DNA of 63,025 nt, filler included, from Rhabdomonas costata (taxonomy: Eukaryota): assembly GCA_019059605.1 (NCBI GenBank). It is 26 parts of 26 records of this genome, joined end to end, with 100 filler letters (N's around TTAATTAATTAA, not from the genome) between each part and the next. Parts side by side here need not be neighbours in the genome. Positions count along the whole stretch, not along the records: positions 24,290 to 26,618 come from JAHMHO010004003.1; positions 26,719 to 29,046 come from JAHMHO010004004.1; positions 29,147 to 31,473 come from JAHMHO010004005.1; positions 31,574 to 33,902 come from JAHMHO010004006.1; positions 34,003 to 36,328 come from JAHMHO010004007.1; 21 more parts are not named here. One strand, given 5' to 3'. The notes beneath the pieces are model-generated. The model had not been told where the DNA came from. It was given only the letters and a program-made list of their open reading frames with translations, and did not search any database. Of this stretch, positions 24,511-36,428 are shown in pieces (the stretch's first letter is position 1; each line of letters starts with the position of its first letter). A program made the translations under genes and the position numbers.

Positions 24511-25790
24511 TGTCAGAAGCGGAGCCCAGAGCCACGACCACCCGCAAGAGGTAGGAGGCACGTAAGAGGCTCGGTGGATAGACGGCGTGTGACGGGTGGT
24601 AGCAGAGGATTGCTGAATATCCAGAGCGCAGTGTGCAAGAAAACTACCACCTTGACAGGTGGTAGCAGAGGATTGCTAAAGATCCAGAGCGCAGTGTGCA
24701 AGAAAACTACCACCTTGACAGGTGGTAGCAGAGGATTGCTAAAGATCCAGAGCGCAGTGTGCAAGAAAACTACCAACTTGACAGGTGGTAGCAGTCGGTT
24801 GTTTTCCAGATGGGGAAGATCCTACAGCATCAGAGGAGCCCGGCTAAATACCCGCCCAGAGCAGGCGCGCAGAGCCCCAAGGTGGAGAGTAAACGCCAGC
24901 TAGCGAGGAGATAAAGCCAGAGGCGTCGCGACAGAGGTCGCGTGGTAGCAGAGCAAGCGAGATATAGCAGGGGAGGGAGACAGGCTAAAGTTATCCACCT
25001 CCGGCGGTGGTGCTAAGCCTTCAAAAGAGCTTGTAGCGCCCCCCAGCTAAATCTCTGTGTGAGTGTGTGCGTCCCCTGAACCGGGTGGTTTTCCACCAGG
25101 TCAGCGCAAAACTTCTCTTTTTTTGATCGAGATATATTGGACTTGTGATTCCTTTTCGGTTAAAGATGTCAGGCGAAACACCTCCACCCCCGCCAGCTAA
25201 ACCAGCAGCTGCTCAGCCATTGGAGGCCACGTTTTTGGCACAGATGGTTTCTTTCTTCCAGCTGATTGACGCAAGAGTTACTGCAGAGGGTGACTGGAGG
25301 ATTGCCGAGCAGTTTCTTTGCACCAGCACCAGCAGCGGCAGCCGGACAGACAGACCCAATTGGAGGCGTGTTGCGGAAGCTTTAAGAAAAAGACCCGGAG
25401 TTCACGAAATACGACGGGAACGCAGCCAATTTCTTGCCTTGGTTGGTTAGCGTCGAAGAGCTAAAAGATGTCCGGAGGTTGCCAGGTCAAGATTCCTCTG
25501 TCCACCCTCTCCTCCAAACCGTTCTCTTGATTCCTTCGTTTTCTAGCGCGTTTCTCCCTGAAGATTTCCGGGTAGTAAGAATCAGGCCCCGGGGATGCGC
25601 ACAAGGGAAGGCAGCGGCGAAGAGGGGGAGCGTCAGGGAGGACCCCGTTCGGCAGCGCATGGGCATGGGAGCGGGGCGCGTAGTGTCCCGATACCATTTG
25701 GTCAGGTGTGCCCCTCTCTGTGGGAAAGGGCACACAGAAACAGTAATAGACGGTGCGCGCAGACGCGTGGAGAGGAAAACGGCTTTACAA
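24511..25790 (+). mobile_element. 5' part of a degenerate LTR retrotransposon (LTR end, PBS array, gag-like relic)
   Basis: TGTCA at 24511 and TGAC(A/G) immediately before each PBS. ATG at 25166 opens a gag-like frame (WRRVAEALRKRPG) with a stop and frameshift, followed by a degenerate zinc-knuckle-like CAPLCGKGHTETV. Confidence 0.55.
24590..24795 (+). repeat. 63-bp tandem repeat (about 3.2 copies), each unit carrying a hairpin and a tRNA-iMet PBS-like motif
   Basis: TGGTAGCAG(AGGAT) starts at 24597, 24660, 24723 and 24786. Unit junctions read ctaccacct-tgac-aggtggtag. Confidence 0.9.
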
Positions 25791-26718
25791 CCGGTGGTGG
25801 CCGACAAGCAGACCGACGACTAAGGCGCCGGTCGGGTTAAGGGGTTGGAAACGTGGGGGGTGGCGGGGTAATGACGGAAAAGCGGCGCCCATGACAGGAA
25901 AATGACAGGAAAACTGCGTGGTCAGGAAAAAACTCTCAAATACGCACACCTAATCACCTAATCGTGCATAACTCGACCTGGAAAGGGAAAAAGAAGAAGA
26001 AAACATGAAAAATGCAGCGGCGGAAAAGGACTTCTGTGAACCCAAAATTTCGACGTTGCGTACGTCCGGATGTGGTCCGGCATACGCTCCAACTAGCGGC
26101 CACAGGAACACATGGACAAATGCGCCCTCAACAAGCACGGCCGCCATCACAGCCCTCACCATCACGTGCAATTCGCAGGAAACCGCCCCATGTCACCCAG
26201 AAGCGCCACATACGGATTTCCGACGACAGCCAACCACAGCAAAGCTCAACAGAGAGCTAGGAAAAAGACAAGCGAAACCTTCAGAAACTAGCGCACAACA
26301 TTCAGGAATCATAACCTAGGGCAAAATTTGGACCTCTTCAAGCGTTAGGTTGACGATCATGGAACATACACGCAGAGAGACACCCAGCTTTGATGCCGCT
26401 CTCTGTTAAGCGAAACATCTCTATGATCTGCAGCCTCACCAAAGGAGCCACAACGAAGGAATGGCCATTTTCATGTACCTCGATGCCATTTACATCAGAG
26501 CGAGTAAATGGAAGCAGATGAAAATCTACAAACCAACAAAAGCAAAAGAAAATCTACAAACCACCAAATCACCCACCCCGACCACGCGCAAACCGCCGCC
26601 TTTCTCTTCACCCCAACANNNNNNNNNNNNNNNNNNNNNNNNNNNNNNNNNNNNNNNNNNNNTTAATTAATTAANNNNNNNNNNNNNNNNNNNNNNNNNN
26701 NNNNNNNNNNNNNNNNNN

Positions 26719-28868
26719 GTGGGTGGGTTAAAGGTCCTAATCGCCACCGACTTGGCATCCCGTGGCCTGGACATTCCCCGTGTCGATGTGGTTTGCTTTC
26801 TACGTGCTTTAACTTAGCAGCATCTGACCTTACTTTTTACTGTTCTTTTAAATGACAATGCACCTCCTTTTACCCAACTTCGCGAATTGTGCACGTCCAC
26901 GCGATTTTTTGTATCTCGTACTTTCCAGTCCATGTCCAAGAGTTGTTGCCCGTCTTGTTTGTTGTGTAATCAGATAGAACCGGCCCTCGGCCAGCGGGTT
27001 CTATGACCCATGCGAAAGACCAGGAACAGAAACGAGTCAGCTTTTGTTTTCCAGTTGCGGTTCTGCAGGAATAAGCTAATGCAATTCTGAAGCTTTATTC
27101 AGGTGAGCCCTTGTTTTCCTCAAGGTTGATATTGTGAGGACGGGTTGGCTCGCTCCCTTTTTCCTTTCATTATAAGCCCTCCACTTACTGGAGATCTTCA
27201 ATTTACGACCGCTTCGTATTCCGAACATCTTTTCTCTCTTCCCCTCTCTTTAATTGCCGTTTCGGACGCATGCTGAAGGGAAGAGGAAAGGTGGGGTGGC
27301 GGGTGGAGAGTATACACCTTGGAAAACTCAGTCGTTAGTTCACTGTGCGTGCCATCATTGTATTGCGATGGTTGCGGTTCCAGTCTTTCACGTTCTCTCC
27401 AGCAAAGGCCTCACACACAAAAACGAAACATCATCAGTGGAACCTCAAACCTACACATGAAGCAAACTAACGACATCACCGGGCGATTTCTGTTTCTTGG
27501 TCCACGCGCGAAAAGAAACCTAATTACACTCGTGCGTGGCAGGTCAACGAAAATCCCAACCGCACACGTTCCATGTCACCTGAAGTCTCACTTGCTCACG
27601 CCGATGGGATGCAGTTCACTATTAATTCAGGTTTTTTTTCGCTTGCTCAATTACCTGCTCGCTGTGATGTTCTTGTGGTGGTACTCGTTCCAATCCGGAT
27701 TTCTCACCGCTTCGCAGGTTATCAACTACGACTTCCCCTTCCGGAAGGGCTCGTACATCCACCGTGTGGGGCGCACTGCGCGGGCAGGGGAGTCCGGGCT
27801 GGCCGTGAGCTTTGTCACCCCAAAGGATATTAACCGCGTGCACAAAGTGGAGGCCGATATCGGCCTTCAGCTCGGTCTGCGCGCTCGCGGGTGGCCATGA
27901 ATACTTAAGCACGTCACACCGTAATTTAGCGCTTATCCACTGATTTTTCGGTCCTTTGTGTGGCAAAAACTTCCGTTTCCTTTCACCTTGGTTATGCATA
28001 GAGTATTGTGACCGAAAGTTGGGTTGGAGTCTGAATGTCCTGAGTATGAGGAAAGTGAGTTCATAACTGAGTGGGTAAGCAAGTGAGTAACAAGCAGAGA
28101 TGGGAATATTAACCCCCGATACTGCAATCCTTACATCCGAAACACGGCAAATCGCTCCCTCATCGACCTCTATGAAAATGTTGAGGGAGATTGAGGGCAA
28201 GTTTACCTTATCACGTAACAGATCAAGGTTTTCTTCCATGAATGGAATCGAACCGAAAATAAGCGTTGAGCTTTTCCCGCATATTCTTGATATTTTTCCA
28301 TGAACCATTCCTTTGGCGTGATATTTCATGAGATGCAAAGGCTTCTCGGATGGTTGTTCTGTCCTGGTGAATGCCCGCATGTTCTCCACCAAAGCTGGCA
28401 GCTATGGACCGCGGGTTTTTGTTTGGTGGCCTACTCAGAATAACCTATGCAATGCTTTGCATTACCGTTAATTGTCGCGGGTGTCAGGAAAGGCGTCGTA
28501 CAAGATATAAACATAGCAGAATAAACACAGGGGTGCATAGTGAATACTGTGAATTTTAGCTCCCTCCGGTGAGAGTCATCGAGTCCTAACAAAGGAACCA
28601 GCTGATCAGAAGCACAAAGAAGGAGTTCGCAGACGAGTGGGAAGGTAAAAGGTAATATGATTTTCGCTTACAGTAGCAGGTGGCGTTCAGTGTTTGTTCT
28701 TTCCTCACAGTGAAGTTTTCGGTGCAGGAGACTAATGCCCTGCGGTGGTCGCAGTTTGTGCTGGAAGCTCATATGATGGCCAGCAAGCGGCTGATGGACG
28801 AGCACCCCGAGCTCTTCGAGGACCAGCTGCGAATCACCCAGGACCCGATGGTCAAAGAAGCGTTGGAG
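26719..28868 (+). CDS. Partial DEAD-box RNA helicase, C-terminal domain (DDX49/Dbp8- or DDX47-like)
   Basis: Exons 26719-26790 ([15 protein letters not shown]), 27718-27874 (VINYDFP...[12 protein letters not shown]) and 28711-28868. Phases are consistent. Confidence 0.92.
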
Positions 28869-29744
28869 GTCCATAGCCTTGTTTGCCCTCGCCTGTCATC
28901 TCGAATGCCCGCACTACTCCTGGGCGAATCCCTGGATACTATCGTGATGTCGCTTGTTATTGGCCGTTTTACACGATTCGGCTGCAGTCTTTCGGCGACG
29001 GACCTTCTACTGCAACACAGACAATTGCGACCCCCACCCCCCCACANNNNNNNNNNNNNNNNNNNNNNNNNNNNNNNNNNNNNNNNNNNNTTAATTAATT
29101 AANNNNNNNNNNNNNNNNNNNNNNNNNNNNNNNNNNNNNNNNNNNNTTTTTGTTGTTATGCTATGTTTTGTGACCAGTTCAATTTATTTATGCTGCTTTC
29201 GGCTTAATGCTTTCCTGTGTTCTTTATCAGCTTTAACTGAGTTTTGGCCAAGAAAGGAATTTAACTTGTCATAAATAGTCTTAAGAAGCTCACAAACTAT
29301 ATGTGCGAGCACAAAAGCAACCTTTTGGACCGCGTCAATTCGCCTCAGCTTTGTTTATATGCAGCGCGTCATTTGGGGTTTTTTGGTCTCAAAAGTTCTT
29401 TTTTCTCTAAAATGACAGGTGACAGGTACCCACAGGGCTTTCACAGAGAGCTGCAAGTAAAAAGGTCGCTCACAGAAGGTCATGCAAAGAAGAGCCGCAC
29501 TGTTTGGCGGCGAAGCAGCGCAGGAAGTTAAGACTTTCAGATCAGTACAGGAGTTACACGGGCAAAAGGAAGAAAGACTCTTTTTTTGTACGAAAAAGGC
29601 ACACTCAGAGTAAAGAGAGGGACGACGCGAACAGAAAAAAAGCACCGAAAACTGAAGAACTGAAGAAAAAAGGTACCGAAAATGGGGAAGGAAATCCAAC
29701 ACCGTGGATACATAGAGGCTCTGTACACTTAGGTTACTCGAAAC

Positions 29745-31307
29745 TCAGTGTGTGTGTGTGGCGGTCTTCCACTTCCCATGACAAAGGCGGCAGAGGAAGT
29801 AGCCGTGCCCCTGCGAGCAAGCCATAATCAGTAGGGCGGTGTGGGCGCTAAGACCATTGAAGGACATAAATGCACTTGACAGGGAGGGGGGCATAAACGC
29901 ACTTATGCCGTGATGTTCTCCTGACCCGGGGGACAGGCGGGAGACCAAAAACGTCGCGGAGAAGTACTTTTTTTGGTCGACTATTCTTTCCTGAGCTACA
30001 GAGCGCTGAAAGCCGATGGTACCACTCATTTCGGAAGTCACTTTGGTCTTCAGACAGGGAAAGGGATGTTGCTACAACTACTCTAAGAGATTAAGTACAA
30101 ACAGAAGATCTTCTCTACATCCACCGAAAGCGGACGCGCATGAGGACAGCATCACTTAGGCAAGAGTCCAGGCGATCGTGAGTGCGTTCGATCGGTGCCT
30201 TGTTGAATGGTGGCCAAGGGCAGCGTTACTGACCATGGGCGGACAACTCGCGGGAAGGTGTGATGACACAGGAAGAACAAAAACGCCACCAGGAGGTAAC
30301 CATAGCTTCGGTAATGAGCTTTCCTGCGGTGCGTTTCCGGCGGTTGGCCCTTCGGTGCTAGCAGCTTTGGCATTCCCATACTTTCTTTACACCACGCCGC
30401 ATAGACTGCTTTCACCATATCATGTTGCTGGGATACCAGGAAAGCAACTAGGTGCGTGGGTGGGTGGGTGAACAAACGGAAAAGGAGGAGCACGGATGCA
30501 CAGTGCGGCAGGCAACATGTGGAAGGAAACAAAGCATAAAAAAAGCTGTGGTAAGAGCTCAAGCCCACTTCACTCCTTGGCCCTTTGCAGCGCCGGCCGG
30601 CGCACGACTCGGCCTGGAGTGAACTCGCGGAGAGGCGGAAGCTCGGCCCTTCGCTTGCGGTCCCGCAGAAGGTGGCTCAGGTTGCGGCCCAAGTCAAGCG
30701 CCGCGGGAAGGGTATTGGCATTGGTCTTCTCCGCGAGCGCGGCGAGGGCGGCGACTTGTTCTCCTGCCGAATTTGTAATCCGAGAAATGTCTGAGAGGCC
30801 TTGCAACGCCTTCTTTTCGCGCGAAGAATCATGAAAGCTAGAAACCGCACACGCACACTGCCCTCACTTGCTCCCTCGTGCCACGGAGGTTGGATGCTGT
30901 TGAACAACTGCGAACACCATGATAAAAATGGTACATGCACCACCAAGCCTAACACAGGACATGCTTAGTAGCGAGCAAATAAGGTGAGAGCACATCACAG
31001 CTTTCTCAGGAATAAAGCAAACGATAGCACAAGTTCCGGGCTCGAGGCTTATGCCAGCCCTTAACGTTCAGGTCAGCTGCAAGTACTCGAGCAGCTAAAG
31101 AGGAAATTTAATGGCATCAGGGCACCTGTAATCCGTCAGACAGCTTGTAGTACGTCTCAGCGCCAACATTTCAAAAGAAAGACTGCCTGAAATTTCCGGG
31201 AATGGGCGGGGAGCACCGACCTCGCGCAAACTGCCGCACCGCAGCCGCAATGAACTCCATCCACTTGCTGCCGGCATCGCCGGGAGGAGCACCAAAATCG
31301 TACATCC
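29745..31307 (-). CDS. Multi-exon hypothetical protein
   Basis: Exon-like frames MYDFGAPPGDAGSKWMEF...FAR|DISRITNSAGEQVAALAALAEK... (phase-compatible) and QHDMVKAVYAAWCKES. No family recognised; boundaries are uncertain. Confidence 0.4.
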
Positions 31308-31573
31308 TAAAAGCGCGCACATCCAAAAACAATCTGGAAACAACATGCGGTAGGCCGCAACAAGCGTTTGAAGACGGAACTGGGCAGTCGCGCCACACCA
31401 CCATCGGCTGAGCGCGATAAATAATCTCTATGTTTCCACCTCAAGCTGAGCTCTTCTAATGTTGGGGGGTTCANNNNNNNNNNNNNNNNNNNNNNNNNNN
31501 NNNNNNNNNNNNNNNNNTTAATTAATTAANNNNNNNNNNNNNNNNNNNNNNNNNNNNNNNNNNNNNNNNNNNN

Positions 31574-33902
31574 GTTGTTGTGTGTTGGAGCTACGTGTCA
31601 GGATCTTGGGGTTTACGTCTTCGTGTCATGCGTAGTACTTGGGCTTATGGTGTGTTTATGCGCTTCTTGTGTGGTTGTAGGGCTGATGTTGTGTGTTGGA
31701 GCTACGTGTCAGGATCTTGGGGTTTACGTCTTCGTGTTTTCGGGTTCTTGGGGTTCGTGTTGTTGGGTTCTGGGGTGGTTTGTGTCTTTCTGTGTCCATG
31801 GCTGTATCCTGGTGTCATGTTGTTGGTGTCTTGGCGTAGGGTTCAGGGCTTCTTGCGTTTCTGTGGGTCATGGTGGTTGGGGTGTTGGGTTGAGAGGCTA
31901 GGGTGTATGGTGTAAGGTAACCACTACTACCAGCTTTGAAAGAATGCCTACGTAACCTGAGGCCTTCAACCCCTAGATGCATTCCTACCTGCGGTGCCTT
32001 GAGTGATGATGCCTTCTACTACGCATGCGCCACTGCGTGACTGCATGCTTCGTGCCTTCTATGCTGATGCGTTACTCCGATACCAGATGCATCCTCGACT
32101 TGGGAGCACTCTAGGGGCATTTCTACCGCAGGTGCCTTGATTGATGATGCCTACTACGCATGCGCCACTCCGTGACTGCATGCTTCGTGCCTTTATGCTG
32201 ATTCTATGCTAAGGGTAAATGCCGATACCTTGACATAGGTGTGGTGTACGAGGTACACACGAGGTACGAGCATCGACCAGCAAGATATTCCACTCTGTCG
32301 GGATTCTCACGTCCTCTCGAATCCCTCCCACTCTCTTTAACCCCGCCATAAGGCGGTACGTGGAGCTCCGACCGGGCGTAGCCACAGGAGAATACCAAGA
32401 GGGTATCGGAGGGCATGTCAAGGGTACCGAGGCATGCCCGTAGAAGCATAAACCCCGCTCAAGCACCTTAGACCCAGCGCATAGCGGTGGAGTGACGAAC
32501 CACGCATTTAGGAGGAACGAACGCAGTGAGTGACGACCGACATCAAGAACTCATCTTTTTAGCCCCTTGGGGTTGGTGAGGGCATGGAGGCACCTTACGG
32601 TGGTGGAATGCACGAACCATCATTCATAGGGAGGAACGAACGCAGTGAGTGACGACCGGCAAAGAACACAAATTACCCTTAGCCCCTTGAACACGAAGGC
32701 ATGGTCGGTACGGGCATGCCGTAGTAGAGTGTCTGCGAGTCGAGGAAGGGAATGCATCGGAGTAATGCATCAGGTCATCTCAGCATAGAAGGTACGGAGG
32801 GATGTCGAGGCATCGAGGCATCCCGGAGTCAGGAGGGCATCAGCGATAGAGGGTTCTTTACTACTCCCTACTCATAGACAACGCTGGTAGTAGTGGTTAC
32901 CTTTACGCACTAACGCACCCTTTCCTCAACATCCCGACACCCCAACCACCATGACCCTCAGAAACGCAAGAAGCCCTGAACCCTAAGACACAGCATGACA
33001 CCAACAAGCACTGTAGAAGCGTAGAACATGAACCCATTGACACACAGACCTTGAGACGTAAACCCGTGACGCCCTCCACACCCAAGACCTCCTCACCTCA
33101 AGACACGCTAACACACCATGACACCAACATACACTGTAGAAGCAATGACACAGAAGGCATGAACCCATGAACCCTGACACAGACCCTCCACGCAAAACAC
33201 CCTGACCCTGAAACCCACGCTCCAAGAAACACCAAGACACCTTACACGCATCCAACACACTGTAGCCATGAACACAGAACGCTGAGACCTTGAGACGTAA
33301 ACCCTGAGCCCCAAAAACACCACGCCACGAACCCCAGAAGCAACACAGAATGCCAACACACTACAGCCATTGAGACAGAGACACGAAGACGCATTGACCC
33401 TGAGACCGTAAAACCATGAAACCATGACACCGTAACATCCACACACTCTCCACACAAACAAGGCATGACTCAGCTTGACATCGCACAGAACCCCAGACTA
33501 CGCTCCAACTCCAAAGCATGAACCTAGAACCGTAAACCCAAGGCACCAACATCCAACACACTACAAGCAATGACACAGAGCATGACACAGAAGCACCAAC
33601 GCATAACCCTACGAACCCTCACACCAACCATGCCTCACACCAACCACCATCCGACACACAGACCCAAGACGTAGCACCGTAACACGCACTGACACTGACA
33701 CCGTAGCACCATCAACCCAACGCATAACACCACGAACCCTGAGACCACGACACGCTGAACCCCACGGACCTAACAGCAACGACGCGAACACCACACTCCT
33801 GACAACCATGACCCAACGCAGCATGAACCCCACGGACCTACAAGCAACGACACCACGACCCACAGCACCTGAGACCAACGCAACGATCACCACACCACAC
33901 CC
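31574..33902. repeat. Large non-coding foldback structure: GT-rich left arm, modular core, CA-rich right arm
   Basis: Perfect 21-bp inverted repeat at 31914-31934 / 32883-32903, with about 120 bp further inverted homology outward. The left arm has a 111-bp-period direct repeat and the core has duplicated modules. Confidence 0.85.
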
Positions 33903-34002
33903 NNNNNNNNNNNNNNNNNNNNNNNNNNNNNNNNNNNNNNNNNNNNTTAATTAATTAANNNNNNNNNNNNNNNNNNNNNNNNNNNNNNNNNNNNNNNNNN
34001 NN

Positions 34003-34925
34003 GGTGTTTGTGGGTCTTCAGGCGGGCATCCAGCTCGGCCACCGTGCTGCCGTGGAACACTAGTGTTGCTGCAGGTCGGCGAATAAAACCCCGGGGTCAT
34101 AACACGAACGTGTACGCTAACGCGAATTGAATGGAATGGAACTTTCGTGTTCCTAACGAATAAATGGAATGCGGCTTGAAAGCATCAATTTTCCCCCGAC
34201 GAGGAGAGAGGCTGTGGCGGTTAATGAAAAGTTCACCATACAGGGCGATGCACACGCAGGTTTTGAAAGATGCGAGATTCGGAGGTACACTTCGGGCGTT
34301 CTGGTGATTTCTTGGCTGTTGTTCTCACCATTCCCTCTCACGAAACACGCACCGCGCATCATCGGTTCAGCGGAATAGGGAACCACTCAACAATTTTTTA
34401 TTACTCATTACTCATTACATTTTTATTTTTCAGCGCACGGGGTCCATCTCTGAACGCCTATGACCTCAGGCACCCCTATGTGCACGGGCGCACCGATCAT
34501 CTGCTGCACGTCCTTGCGCAGGCTGGTGACGAGGGCGCGAGAGCTGCCCAGGGACTGCAGGACCTTGCTGAAAGTGCTGATGCTGTGGTTGAAGCCTCCG
34601 AAGCTACTCTCCACGAACTCGCTGCAGAGCGAGTCCAGCTCGCCTTCCAACTCCTCCAAAGCATCCACCTCCTGCACACCCACAGCCACACCTTTCACTT
34701 ACACTGATGTGCAAAGGGCACTCCGAATCATTTCTAGAAAAAACAATGCGCTCGCAAGATAAGCAAAAAAGAAAGAAAGAAGCCCCGGAACGGGACCTGT
34801 CGGGCGTTCGGGTCTCTGAGACACCGCGCGACGACCTTCGTGATCACAAACGCGGAGGGGTGGGCGTGGTACTCCTGCGGCACCTTCCCCAGCACCTCCT
34901 CACTGCGTTGCACCCAGCCACTCAT
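34003..34925 (-). CDS. SEC8: Exocyst complex component Sec8/EXOC4, 5' exons
   Basis: MSGWVQRSEEVLGKVPQEY...|EVDALEELEGELDSLCSEFVESSFGGFNHSISTFSKVL...|ATLVFHG. The xxGFNxSIxxFS motif is typical of the Sec8 N-terminus. Phases are consistent. Confidence 0.72.
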
Positions 34926-36428
34926 CTCGGCCTCTCGGCCTCACTTTTGGCTCAGGCTGCACACGCAAGGCTGTCCTCCACTTCACTTATTTGATCTTCA
35001 CCGCTTGCACTCGCACCGCGGTGAGTAGAATAAAAAAGCAAATCAGAGCACAAACGGGAGAAAACCTGACCTCCAACAGCGCAGAAAATAAAAACTGCAC
35101 AGGGAGTCAAGGAGACCAGGTAGTCGGACCCGTTAACATCGCTGCACCACATAAACCAACCAAGTTGTGCATGAGGTCTTCGCAGGTTGTGGGCATGGAT
35201 GAGAGAACAGTGCAAGTCTTCATCACCACCACCAATCCCAAAACAACCAAATCACAGGGGCTTCAACTGCAGGCGTTCTACAACTCCACCTTCTTAGGGC
35301 AGAAGCAACTATGGACGAGTATACCGAGTGGTATGCGACCAGAGAATGTAAGAGAGAGCGGTGTACCAGGCCGCTCGCTAGAAAAGCGCAACACTGTCAC
35401 AAAAACTGCAGCAGTATTAGAAACAACAACCACAAGTCCAGAACATGCTCTCTATGCTTCTTCCCCAATTGGTTTCCATAACATCATGTCCCTGCACCTT
35501 TCGCTTTTCATCGAGATTTGGTTTTCACCTGTTTTGCTTTGTAGTCGCAGTGCGTGTCCAATCCACCCAATTCACATTCTCAATCATGGCGACCTGTTCC
35601 CATCTTCTGCGCCCCTCCAATCGATAAGAAACGATGATAAGAAACGGGCACGTTCACACTACTGTGAAGCGTCTGGGCCATAACCTTTCACAGGCCCATA
35701 TTGCCTGGAGAGGAATCTCCTTCCGGGCTCAAGGGTTGGAGTCACCAGTACCGATCCACAAGCACATAAGCGCATAAAAAACATCCAGCCAAAGGGAAAA
35801 GGCAAATGAAAGCACTTCTGAATATCAGGTAGGGAAGAAGGCCCAAAACCACTGGAAGTCCAAGTGGGAGGGCACTTCCACTTTCTAATCCCCTACCATC
35901 ACGCAGTCACACACATTCCATTCCCTCAGCATTCCCTCTCACGCCAAACCATACAACAGCCACTGCCCCGCAGCAGCAGCAGAGCAACCACAAGAGCAAA
36001 GCGTACTCATCCCCTGTACAAAAAATCCCTCCAGGCATCCACGACGGGCGGAAGCTGGAAATTCGGGCACATCTGCCGACTTTCCTCAGGTTCTCACCGC
36101 TCCAAATGCCAAGACCGAGGTCCGCTTGAACGAACCTACAGCAAGGGCAGACCCTGACTTCGGGCCTTTTTCTCCTCTACAAGCCTACCAAACACGGCAC
36201 AGGGTGGGTCTAGCTCACCCCGCCATCATCTGCATCCAATCGTCCTCTTCTCAATAGACCACAGTCGTGGGGTGACGATCGAACTCACCGGGTGAGTTCG
36301 GGCCCACTACTACGCCCTCCACACAACANNNNNNNNNNNNNNNNNNNNNNNNNNNNNNNNNNNNNNNNNNNNTTAATTAATTAANNNNNNNNNNNNNNNN
36401 NNNNNNNNNNNNNNNNNNNNNNNNNNNN

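Noticed and set aside
24590-24795. CRISPR array (hairpin repeat at regular spacing)
   Set aside because: The intervening sequences are near-identical rather than unique spacers, no cas genes are present, and the context is eukaryotic.
27622-28392. 256-aa minus-strand ORF as a nested gene
   Set aside because: It is antisense to a DEAD-box exon and intron and has no recognisable motifs. A faint GIY-YIG-like word in another frame was too weak to support.
31574-33902. Telomeres or a minichromosome, and the Cys/Val-rich ORFs in the arms
   Set aside because: There is no fixed short telomeric unit and the G-rich strand runs inward from the ends, opposite to telomere polarity. The ORFs are by-products of GT-rich low complexity.
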